Made by a program: the position numbers and the translations under genes. Below are positions 9,630-18,158 of a DNA stretch of 64,000 bases, piece after piece. Source of the stretch: Endomicrobiaceae bacterium (GTDB taxonomy: Bacteria; Elusimicrobiota; Endomicrobiia; Endomicrobiales; Endomicrobiaceae); assembly GCA_028690485.1 (NCBI GenBank), contig JAQVBD010000002.1, forward strand, positions 13,100 to 77,099, written 5' to 3'. Below the pieces are notes generated by a model. That model was not told the origin of the DNA. It saw only the letters and a program-made list of their open reading frames with translations, and made no database searches. How positions within the stretch are numbered: the stretch's first letter is position 1; each line of letters opens with the position of its first letter.

Positions 9630-10145
9630 ATGAAAGATAAAATAATGATAATTCTTGATGATATAACAAAACTGGATGTTGATGTAATAGTAAATGCCGC
9701 AAACACTTCATTACTTGGTGGTGGTGGAGTTGATGGCTCAATCCATAAAGCTGCCGGCAAACAACTTCTTGAGGAATGTAAAACTTTAGGTGGATGCAAA
9801 ACTGGCGAAGCAAAAATCACAAAAGGATACAATCTAGTTTCAAAATATGTTATTCATACAGTTGGACCTGTATGGAATAATGGCAAACATAATGAATCTA
9901 AACTTTTAGAAAATTGTTATATAAATTCATTAAATCTTTTGCTTAAATATGATCTCAAGACTATTGCTTTTCCATCTATTTCTACCGGTGCATATAGATT
10001 CCCAATAGAACAAGCAAGTAAAATAGCGATTAAAAGTGTTTACAATATTATACAACAGAATATTAATAAAATCGAAAAAGTTTATTTTGTATGCTTCAGC
10101 CAAAAAGATTTTGAAATATATAAAAAAGAATATAATTATGAATAA
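9630..10145 (+). CDS. macro domain protein (YmdB-like O-acetyl-ADP-ribose deacetylase / ADP-ribose binding)
   Basis: [42 protein letters not shown] and [14 protein letters not shown] motifs. Confidence 0.88.
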   Translation: MKDKIMIILDDITKLDVDVIVNAANTSLLGGGGVDGSIHKAAGKQLLEECKTLGGCKTGEAKITKGYNLVSKYVIHTVGPVWNNGKHNESKLLENCYINSLNLLLKYDLKTIAFPSISTGAYRFPIEQASKIAIKSVYNIIQQNINKIEKVYFVCFSQKDFEIYKKEYNYE

Positions 10146-10872
10146 TGATATAAAAGAAGTTGCAAACATCATAAAAAAATCAAAATATGCTATTGCTTTT
10201 ACTGGTGCAGGGATATCAGTCGAAAGTGGTATTCCCCCTTTTACTGGTGCTGGCGGTCTATGGGAACGATATGATCCTAAATTTATAGAATTGGATTTCT
10301 TTTATGCAAATCCTAAACAATCTTGGAAAGAAATGAGAAAAATTTTCTTTAACTCTATGGGGCAAGCAAAACCAAACGAAGCCCATGTTGTTATTTCAGA
10401 ACTTGAACAACAATGTTTTATTAAAGGAGTGATTACACAAAATATAGATAACCTACATAAAACAGCAGGGTCAAAAAATATTGTTGAATTTCATGGGACA
10501 ATAAACTCTTTAATATGTATTGAATGTCAAAAAAAATATGATATACCAAACATTGATATAAGTGTTGATATCCCGAAATGTTCTTGTGGAGGAATATTAA
10601 AGCCTAATTTCGTATTTTATGGAGAAGGAATTAATCAATATAACTATGAAAAATCAAATGCTATGATAAATAAATCTGATTTAGTAATAATTGTAGGTAC
10701 AGCAGGCCAAGTTATTCCGGCAGGATACTTACCTTTTATTGCGAAAAACAATGGAGCTACTATTATTGAAGTAAATACTTCAAAATCTGCTTATACAGAC
10801 AAAATCACAGATTATTATTTCAATATGAAAGCAGGTTTATTTTTCTCAGAATTAAAGAAATATTTCACATAA
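10138..10872 (+). CDS. cobB: NAD-dependent protein deacylase, Sir2 family
   Basis: [24 protein letters not shown] and EFHG motifs, plus a Zn ribbon CIECQ...CSCGG. The start was moved to ATG 10138, which overlaps the macro stop (ATGAATAA). The track start at 10036 would add a non-homologous extension. Confidence 0.88.
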   Translation: MNNDIKEVANIIKKSKYAIAFTGAGISVESGIPPFTGAGGLWERYDPKFIELDFFYANPKQSWKEMRKIFFNSMGQAKPNEAHVVISELEQQCFIKGVITQNIDNLHKTAGSKNIVEFHGTINSLICIECQKKYDIPNIDISVDIPKCSCGGILKPNFVFYGEGINQYNYEKSNAMINKSDLVIIVGTAGQVIPAGYLPFIAKNNGATIIEVNTSKSAYTDKITDYYFNMKAGLFFSELKKYFT

Positions 10873-10959
10873 ACTGTTTTTATATCCATAATTCTATTTT
10901 ATTTATCTATCTAAAATGATATAATTATCAAGTTAATGAATGTTAAAAGGTCAACAATA

Positions 10960-12135
10960 ATGAAGAACATTGCAATATTAGGCTCGTCAGGATCAATAGG
11001 AATACAAACACTAGATTTCATTTCAAAAACGAAAAATATGTTCAATGTCTGCGGACTTTCTGTAAATTCAAATATTGAACTATTAAAAAAACAAATAATT
11101 AAATTTAAACCTGCCATTGTATCAGTTGGAACTCAAGAAGATGCTAAAGTACTAAAATTATGGTGTAAAAATAAAAGACTTACAATTAAAGTTTTTTATG
11201 GTATAGATGGTCTTACAAAAGTTGCAACTTTTAATAAAGTTGACACTGTTCTTTTTGCTATTGTCGGTGCAATAGGAATACACCCTTTACTTGATGCAAT
11301 AGACAATGGTAAAAATATCGCAATAGCAAACAAAGAAGCTCTTGTTACGGCAGGGCATATATTAATGAAAAGAGCTAAAGAAAAAAATGTTAAAATACTT
11401 CCTGTTGACAGTGAACATTCTGCTATTTTTCAATGTATAGGACAAGAAAAAAAAGATTCAATAAAAAGAATTATATTAACAGCTTCCGGCGGTCCTTTTT
11501 ATAAATCCAATAAAAACTTTTCAAAAATAACAGTGGAAGATGCTCTTGCTCATCCTACTTGGAAAATGGGTAAAAAAATAACAATAGATTCAGCTACTTT
11601 AATGAATAAAGGACTTGAAGCAATTGAAGCATCAGTCCTTTTTGATATACCTATAGAAAAAATTGATATAGCTATTCACCCTCAATCTATAGTTCATTCT
11701 ATGGTTGAATTTAATGATGGATGTGTTATGGCACAACTTTCAAATCCTGATATGACACTTCCTATACAATATGCTTTGTCATATCCTCAAAGAACTAATT
11801 GTTATATTAAACCTTTAGATTTGACAGAAGTTTCTAAATTAGAATTTTTCAAACCTAATTTTAAAAAATTTAAATGTTTAGAAATTGCTTATAATTGTGC
11901 AAAAATTGGATGGACAATGCCTGCTGTAATGAATGGAGCAAATGAAATAGCTGTAAAATATTTTTTGAATAAACAAATATCTTTTGATTCTATTCCAAAT
12001 GTTATTACTAAAGTAATAACTAAACATAAACTATTAAAAACAAACGATATTCAAAAATATATAGATTCTGATAACTGGGCAAGGTTAGAAGCTGAAAAAA
12101 TTATAAATTCTTTAGATTTCAAAAAAAATACTTAA
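10960..12135 (+). CDS. dxr: 1-deoxy-D-xylulose 5-phosphate reductoisomerase
   Basis: IAILGSSGSIG, DSEHSAIFQC, LTASGGPF and HPTWKMGKKITIDSATLMNKGLE motifs. Start at MKNIAILG. Confidence 0.95.
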   Translation: MKNIAILGSSGSIGIQTLDFISKTKNMFNVCGLSVNSNIELLKKQIIKFKPAIVSVGTQEDAKVLKLWCKNKRLTIKVFYGIDGLTKVATFNKVDTVLFAIVGAIGIHPLLDAIDNGKNIAIANKEALVTAGHILMKRAKEKNVKILPVDSEHSAIFQCIGQEKKDSIKRIILTASGGPFYKSNKNFSKITVEDALAHPTWKMGKKITIDSATLMNKGLEAIEASVLFDIPIEKIDIAIHPQSIVHSMVEFNDGCVMAQLSNPDMTLPIQYALSYPQRTNCYIKPLDLTEVSKLEFFKPNFKKFKCLEIAYNCAKIGWTMPAVMNGANEIAVKYFLNKQISFDSIPNVITKVITKHKLLKTNDIQKYIDSDNWARLEAEKIINSLDFKKNT

Positions 12136-12150
12136 AAATAATGGGGCATT

Positions 12151-13407
12151 ATGAAAAAAAGTACAATCTTATTAACTCTTATCTGTTTATTATCTTTATC
12201 AGTAAATATTTTTTCTCAAGAAGATGAACAACCTGAAATATTAGTTGAACAAAATCCTACATTAACTACTGAAAAGACTAATGCTAAGGGAATGCATTTA
12301 TCAATTTATGTGGCTGCATCTGCAAAACATAAAGAACGTATAAATGATTTACTCGATACTACTGAACTTAATACAGTTGTTATTGATGTTAAAGAAATAG
12401 ATGGTCACATTTCTGTTAAAAATGTCGCAAATAATTTGTCATATTCTAAATCTGTTCCTGATATTTCATCTTACTTATCTCAAATAAAAGAAAAAGGGAT
12501 CTATACTATTGCGAGAATAGTCGTTTTCAGAGATAATGTTATGCCTAGGAAAAGACCTGAATTGGCAGTAAAGACACCGGAAGGAAATTTATGGCAAGAC
12601 CGTAAAAATATTACATGGCTTAATCCTTATAACCAAGAAGCTGTAAATTATATACTAGACCTTGCAGAAAAAACAGCAGACATGGGATTTGACGAAATAC
12701 AATTTGACTATATACGTTTCCCTTCTGATGGCAAAACAAGTCTATGCAGATATGGTGTTAGGAATTCATCAATGACTCCATCTGATGCAATTGTTGATTT
12801 CTTAAGACAAGCAAAAGAAAGATTATCTCCTAAAGGTATAAAAACATCAATAGATGTTTTTGGATTAACAACAACAGAAAAAACAGATATGGGAATAGGA
12901 CAAAAAATAGTTGAAATGGCAGAATATGTAGATTATATAAGTCCTATGATTTATCCATCACATTATGCAAATGGTGAATATGGTATACCAAATCCAAATA
13001 AAGAACCATATAGAACAGTATATATAGCATTGCAAGGGGCTAAAAAAAGACTACCAGTAGAAAAGCTAAGACCTTGGTTACAAGATTTTTCTATGAAAGG
13101 AGTTAAATATGGTCCAAAGGAACTTCAATCTCAAATACAAGCTTGTTATGATTGTGATGTAAAAACTTGGATGTTATGGAATGCAGCTTGTAAATATACA
13201 AAAACAGGCTTAAAAACAAAAGAAGCAGAAAATTCTTACGAGAAAACTTCTACTGAAAAAATCAGAGAATTATTAAAACATGATAATATTAATTCTGCTA
13301 TGCAAAAAAGGACAACTAATAAATCCAGTAAAAAATTAGAAAATAAATCAACAAAAACTACAAATATGAACAAAATTAGTATATCAACTTCTACAAAAAC
13401 AAAATAA
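12151..13407 (+). CDS. secreted putative glycoside hydrolase-like protein (COG1306/DUF4015-like TIM barrel)
   Basis: Signal peptide. NTVVIDVKEIDGHI, ARIVVFRD, WLNPYNQEAVNYILDLAEKTADMGFDEIQFDYIRFP and ISPMIYPSHY resemble the GHL-type family. K/S/T-rich C-terminal tail. Confidence 0.6.
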   Translation: MKKSTILLTLICLLSLSVNIFSQEDEQPEILVEQNPTLTTEKTNAKGMHLSIYVAASAKHKERINDLLDTTELNTVVIDVKEIDGHISVKNVANNLSYSKSVPDISSYLSQIKEKGIYTIARIVVFRDNVMPRKRPELAVKTPEGNLWQDRKNITWLNPYNQEAVNYILDLAEKTADMGFDEIQFDYIRFPSDGKTSLCRYGVRNSSMTPSDAIVDFLRQAKERLSPKGIKTSIDVFGLTTTEKTDMGIGQKIVEMAEYVDYISPMIYPSHYANGEYGIPNPNKEPYRTVYIALQGAKKRLPVEKLRPWLQDFSMKGVKYGPKELQSQIQACYDCDVKTWMLWNAACKYTKTGLKTKEAENSYEKTSTEKIRELLKHDNINSAMQKRTTNKSSKKLENKSTKTTNMNKISISTSTKTK

Positions 13408-13452
13408 TTCTTGTAACTTTTGAAAGTATTTGATTGTCTAAATGGTATACAT

Positions 13453-14022
13453 ATGAACGATAAAGAGATTATTGAAAAAATTCTTGCCGGGCAAGAAAAT
13501 TTATTTAGACATATAATAGACAGATATAAAGATAAAGTTTTTAGCATTATATTTTCTTTTTGTGGTTACACCAGCGATTGTGAAGATATAGTTCAAAGTG
13601 TTTTTATAAAAATTTTTTATTCTTTAAAAAAATTTAAATTTGAATCTTCTTTTTCAACTTGGATGTACAGAATAGTTATAAATGAATCTATAAATTTTGC
13701 AAAAAAAAGAAATAATAAAATTATTTCTTTACAAGAAAAAATTTCTAGTGATGATGACCAAGAAATAATTGATTTTATAAAATCAGATGATAATATTGAA
13801 AAGAAAGCAATTGAACAAGAAACTCAAAAGCTTGTACAAAACACTCTTATTAAATTAAAAAACAATTACAAAATTGTATTAACACTAAGAGATATTGAAA
13901 ACTTTTCTTATGAAGAAATATCGCAAATGATGAATGTTTCGGTTGATACAGTAAAAATTTGGTTGTTTAGAGCAAGAAAAAAAATGAGAGAAATATTAAT
14001 ACAAGGAGATCAATTATTATGA
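13453..14022 (+). CDS. ECF-type RNA polymerase sigma-70 factor
   Basis: Region 2 FSTWMYRIVINESINFAKKR. Region 4 LTLRDIENFSYEEISQMMNVSVDTVKIWLFRARKKMRE. ATG 13453 chosen. Confidence 0.88.
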   Translation: MNDKEIIEKILAGQENLFRHIIDRYKDKVFSIIFSFCGYTSDCEDIVQSVFIKIFYSLKKFKFESSFSTWMYRIVINESINFAKKRNNKIISLQEKISSDDDQEIIDFIKSDDNIEKKAIEQETQKLVQNTLIKLKNNYKIVLTLRDIENFSYEEISQMMNVSVDTVKIWLFRARKKMREILIQGDQLL

Positions 14023-14459
14023 AATGTAAAAATATAGAATTAATGATTTCTTTGCATATCGATAATAAATTGTCTCTTGAAGAAGTTACATTTCTAATGG
14101 AACATTTAAATTCTTGCGAGAAATGCAGACAAATTTATAAAGATTTTAAAGATATTAAAATAGTTTTATCTGACAGTCAAAAAACTAAAGTAACCAATGA
14201 TTTTACAGATTCTACTATGAAAAAAATTATAGATTTACAAAATAAAAAAAATGATAATATTATATTTGTTGATTTTGTAAAAAAGCATTTGATAATGGTT
14301 GCTAGTTTTGTTTTTATAATTATAGCATCTATAGTTTTTTTATCTAAAAATTCTTCAGATAATAGTGCTTTAGCAGAATACTATTTAAATTATGAGCAAT
14401 ATTCTTCTGTTGAAGATATTTATGATGAAAATATAATATCATTTTTATTATTATATTAA
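14019..14459 (+). CDS. anti-sigma factor (zf-HC2 type, single TM)
   Basis: ATGA overlap with the sigma gene. HLNSCEKCRQ zinc-finger motif. TM helix LIMVASFVFIIIASIVFL. Short outside tail. Confidence 0.75.
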   Translation: MKCKNIELMISLHIDNKLSLEEVTFLMEHLNSCEKCRQIYKDFKDIKIVLSDSQKTKVTNDFTDSTMKKIIDLQNKKNDNIIFVDFVKKHLIMVASFVFIIIASIVFLSKNSSDNSALAEYYLNYEQYSSVEDIYDENIISFLLLY

Positions 14460-16211
14460 TTCTTCTAATATTTTCTTATATTCTTTATTATATGGTGATG
14501 CAGATATAGCTTTTTTTATATAATTTAGTGATTCTTGTTTATCATTTAAATCTTTATATAATAAACTGATATTATAATAATAATATCCCTTATTCTCCTT
14601 ATCCAGTTCCAATAATCTTAATGAAGTATCTATTGATTTTTTATACTCGCCATTCATTGTATAAAATTTTGCAAGATTTCCAAGACATAAAATATCATAT
14701 TTTTTTAGATCAGTTGCTTTTTGAGCATACTCTATAGCATTTTTGATATCATTTTTTAAATAATAAATTCTAGATAATTCAAATAAACACAAAAAATTAT
14801 TACCATTTACTGCATCCAATATTTTCAGATAATTTGTTTCTGCTGCTTCTAAGTTTTTATTAATCAAAAAAGATATTTTTACTAATTCTATAAAATATGT
14901 TGTTTTTGGTGATAATTCTATTGCTTTCTCTATCATTTTTCTAGCTTTTTGATAATCTTTATACAATGAATATCTTTTACTAAGTGAGAAATAAACGACA
15001 TGATATTCTTTTGCATCAATATAAGCATTTGTCCAAAATTTATCAGCATTTTTATATTTATCAGATTCTATATACGAAAAACTTGAAAATATTATAGCCA
15101 AAACAATCGAAAATACTATTAAATATTTTTGTATTACAGGATACTTTAATACAAATTTATCTAAAATTAATGACAAAACCATAATTATTCCGACAGATGA
15201 AATTATTACCCTATGTGTTAAAAATAAATATTCTATTGTAAAAAATGTTGGCAATAAACAAACTATAAACCATATAATCCCAAATAATATAATCTTCCTA
15301 TTTATAATTTTTTTATAATATACAAAACCTAATGAAGATAAAACTGATATATTTATTATTATAACTTTAAAATTCAATTTTATGTTATATAACATTATTG
15401 GAATATATCCAGGTTCTATAAAATTATCTATATAAACCATCATTCCTTTTATTATATTTGCACTATATTTTTGCCAATTTATTAAATATTCTTTTATACT
15501 AACATCAGGTACAGCAATACTTCTTAAAACAAAATACACAATTACAATTGGCAATAATATTAAGAAAATTTTAATTACTTTTTCTTTTGAAATATTTAAA
15601 TCAAAACAATAGATAAATAATCCATATAATGGAATTAATATGACAGTAGTTTCTTTTGTAAATAATGCCATTGAAAAAAATAAAATATATAAAATGAGAT
15701 GTTGTATTCTGTCTTTTTCTAAATAATTTATAAAATTTATAAAAGATAACATTAAAAAGATTAATAACAAAGTATCATTTCTTGCCGGTATCCATACTGC
15801 ACAAGAAGTAAATATTGGATGAATAGCCATTAATAAACATATAAATTTTACTATATTCTGATTAAATTTTAATTTAGCTAATAATAAAAATATTAAAAAG
15901 AGGCTTAATATAAACAATATTATATTACTTATATGGTATATTTTAGGATTATTCCCAAATAATATTGCTTCAATTGAAAATGATATTGATAAAATTGGTC
16001 TGTAATATTGAAAATCGTGTATATAATAACAATCTGTTGTAAAATGTTTGGGAATACTAGATATATCTGAAATATAGTTAATATTATTAATAATTAATGT
16101 GTCATCATCTAATTCAGTAAAGCCAAATGATATACTCTTAGCATAAATAGCAAGAATAGATATTGTCAAAATTATTAAAAAAAATATATTACTTCTTATA
16201 ATTTTATTCAT
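14451..16211 (-). CDS. TMTC-like GT-C membrane glycosyltransferase with C-terminal TPR domain (second paralogue)
   Basis: First-loop motif GFTELDDDTLIINNINYI...YYRPILSISFSIEA. Many TM helices. C-terminal ~170 aa are TPR. Confidence 0.72.
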   Translation of the reverse strand: MNKIIRSNIFFLIILTISILAIYAKSISFGFTELDDDTLIINNINYISDISSIPKHFTTDCYYIHDFQYYRPILSISFSIEAILFGNNPKIYHISNIILFILSLFLIFLLLAKLKFNQNIVKFICLLMAIHPIFTSCAVWIPARNDTLLLIFLMLSFINFINYLEKDRIQHLILYILFFSMALFTKETTVILIPLYGLFIYCFDLNISKEKVIKIFLILLPIVIVYFVLRSIAVPDVSIKEYLINWQKYSANIIKGMMVYIDNFIEPGYIPIMLYNIKLNFKVIIINISVLSSLGFVYYKKIINRKIILFGIIWFIVCLLPTFFTIEYLFLTHRVIISSVGIIMVLSLILDKFVLKYPVIQKYLIVFSIVLAIIFSSFSYIESDKYKNADKFWTNAYIDAKEYHVVYFSLSKRYSLYKDYQKARKMIEKAIELSPKTTYFIELVKISFLINKNLEAAETNYLKILDAVNGNNFLCLFELSRIYYLKNDIKNAIEYAQKATDLKKYDILCLGNLAKFYTMNGEYKKSIDTSLRLLELDKENKGYYYYNISLLYKDLNDKQESLNYIKKAISASPYNKEYKKILEELI

Positions 16212-16240
16212 TCTATAAAAACTACCAAGTTGTTAAAGTT

Positions 16241-17695
16241 TTAAATATTTTTAAATGCTTTGACTAAAATTCTTTTATTGATTTTTTTTGTAACCAAACT
16301 AACTATTGGAATTATAATAAAAGGGACTATCATTGCAATACTTGCAGAAATAGGTGATTTTTTTGGCCCTAAAACAAAAAACAATATAATAGCCGTAGAT
16401 ATTCCTGATATCATTCCAATTTTTGCACCCAAAAGAGTAGTTCTCTTCCAATATAATCCATAAATATATGGGGCTAAAAAGCCACCTGCAATAACTCCCC
16501 AAGATAAAGACATAAGCATAACAATAAAAGCAAATTCATATCTTGCTATAAAATATGAAATTATTATAAAGACACCACTTAAAAACCTCATCATGACAAC
16601 TGAATTTTTACTTGATATATTGGGATTAATATTCCCTTTATATAAGTCAATTGATATACTTGAAGCAGAAACTAAAATTAATGATGCTAAAGTTGACATT
16701 GAAGCAGAAAGCACTAACAACAAAATTAAAGCTACAACAAATTCTGGCATATATCTTATTAATAATTCAGGAACCATTCTGTCATATTGAACAATTCCAT
16801 TAACCATAATTGGTGAATCAAAAAACACATGTGTTAATGCACCGGTATAATAAGCACAAGTTGTTATTATAATTGCAAAAAATAAAGTTGTAAAAGCAGC
16901 TATTTTTATTACTTTTTCATTCTTTATTGAATAAAATTTTTGTATCATCTGCGGCATACCCCAAGCACCAAAAGAAGTCATAAAAATTATTGAAAAAAGC
17001 ATGAAATAATCTGGCTTGGCTATGGAATATACATGTTTATAATAATTTAAAGAAACTGTTTGTATTGAATTAATAATTCCACCAGCTTTACCTGATATAA
17101 TAACTACCATCAAAACAGCTCCTACTAACATTACAAAACCTTGTATAAAATCCGTTATTGTTATGGCAAAGTATCCACCAAGTATCAAATATATAGCTGT
17201 TATAACCATTATTATCAAAAGAGCAAAGTCAAAAGATATATTAAAGTTGACTTCAAATAAATATCCAAGTCCTTTAAAAACAGAAGCAGAATATGGAAGT
17301 AAAAACATAAATATAACTATTGCAGCTATTATTTTAATATATTTCCCGCCATATCTTGATTGTAAAAATTCAGGCATTGTCATGGCATCTAAATTCTGCG
17401 TCATGACTCTAGTTCTTCTTCCTAAAAATATCCATGCAAGAAATGCTCCAAAAAAAGCATTCCCAACAGCAATCCAAAGAGAATTTAATCCAAATATCCA
17501 TCCAAATTGTCCGGCAAAACCAATAAATACTACTGCAGAAAAATATGTTGTTCCGTAAGCAAAAGCTGATACTAAAGGCCCTATATTTCTACCACCTAAA
17601 AAAAAATCATTCAATGTAGTTGTTTTTTTCATACCCCAAATACCAATACCTATCATAACTATCATAAAAAAACTTATTAAAATAATTGCTATCAT
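16241..17695 (-). CDS. sodium:solute symporter family transporter
   Basis: 484 aa with about 13 TM helices. The SSS-like N-terminus reads FFLGGRNIGPLVSAFAYGTTYFSAVVFIG. Substrate unknown. Confidence 0.8.
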   Translation of the reverse strand: MIAIILISFFMIVMIGIGIWGMKKTTTLNDFFLGGRNIGPLVSAFAYGTTYFSAVVFIGFAGQFGWIFGLNSLWIAVGNAFFGAFLAWIFLGRRTRVMTQNLDAMTMPEFLQSRYGGKYIKIIAAIVIFMFLLPYSASVFKGLGYLFEVNFNISFDFALLIIMVITAIYLILGGYFAITITDFIQGFVMLVGAVLMVVIISGKAGGIINSIQTVSLNYYKHVYSIAKPDYFMLFSIIFMTSFGAWGMPQMIQKFYSIKNEKVIKIAAFTTLFFAIIITTCAYYTGALTHVFFDSPIMVNGIVQYDRMVPELLIRYMPEFVVALILLLVLSASMSTLASLILVSASSISIDLYKGNINPNISSKNSVVMMRFLSGVFIIISYFIARYEFAFIVMLMSLSWGVIAGGFLAPYIYGLYWKRTTLLGAKIGMISGISTAIILFFVLGPKKSPISASIAMIVPFIIIPIVSLVTKKINKRILVKAFKNI

Positions 17696-17713
17696 CTTAA
17701 ATTCCTTTTAGTA

Positions 17714-18142
17714 TTAATATTTATATATTTTTTCTGCAGTTAAAACATTAAAACCCAGACCTGATAACAATTGTTCTGCATTAGGATGATTTTCAATTTC
17801 TAAAATTATCGCAGCTGTTTTTCCATCACTTAACAGAAAACCATAACAATCTTCAATATTGATATCGTTTTGGGATAATTTATTTAATAAAAGATTGAAA
17901 CTACCAGGTATATTATCAACAACAACAGCTGTAATTTGCCTTTTTGTTACAGTTAACTTATTTTGTTTTAAAACCTCAAAAGTTTTTTCAGGATTATCAA
18001 CAAGTAATTTCATTACTCCAAATTCACCGGAACTTGCAAGAGACATAGCTCTTAAATTAATATTATTATCTGATAAAATCTTAGTTATCCTTTGTAATTT
18101 GCCTGGATTATTTTCTAAAAAAACAGATAAATGATATGCCAT
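17714..18142 (-). CDS. ACT domain-containing protein (tandem ACT)
   Basis: Two beta-alpha-beta-beta-alpha-beta-like halves (LSVFLENNPGKLQRITKILSDNNINLRAMSL and VVVDNIPGSFNLLLNKLSQNDINIE). This is the typical partner of PaaK-like ligases. Confidence 0.8.
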   Translation of the reverse strand: MAYHLSVFLENNPGKLQRITKILSDNNINLRAMSLASSGEFGVMKLLVDNPEKTFEVLKQNKLTVTKRQITAVVVDNIPGSFNLLLNKLSQNDINIEDCYGFLLSDGKTAAIILEIENHPNAEQLLSGLGFNVLTAEKIYKY

Positions 18143-18158
18143 AATATACTCCCAAACT

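Noticed and set aside
10036-10137. Longer N-terminal extensions suggested by the ORF track: sirtuin from 10036, frr from 7225, sigma from 13420, ZnuA-like from 31454, ftsB-like from 31192, dxr from 10936, and paralogue 2 from 63242.
   Set aside because: The extensions overlap upstream genes, lack homology to the family N-termini, and often begin at non-ATG codons. Internal ATGs with an SD or a proper signal peptide fit better.
10138-10872. The sirtuin as a SIR2-type anti-phage effector (Thoeris ThsA, DSR, SIR2-HerA or pAgo-associated).
   Set aside because: It is a small (~244 aa) stand-alone protein with a canonical deacylase Zn ribbon and catalytic motifs. It has no SLOG, HerA, Ago or TIR partner. 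It sits in a housekeeping cluster, coupled to a product-clearing macro domain.
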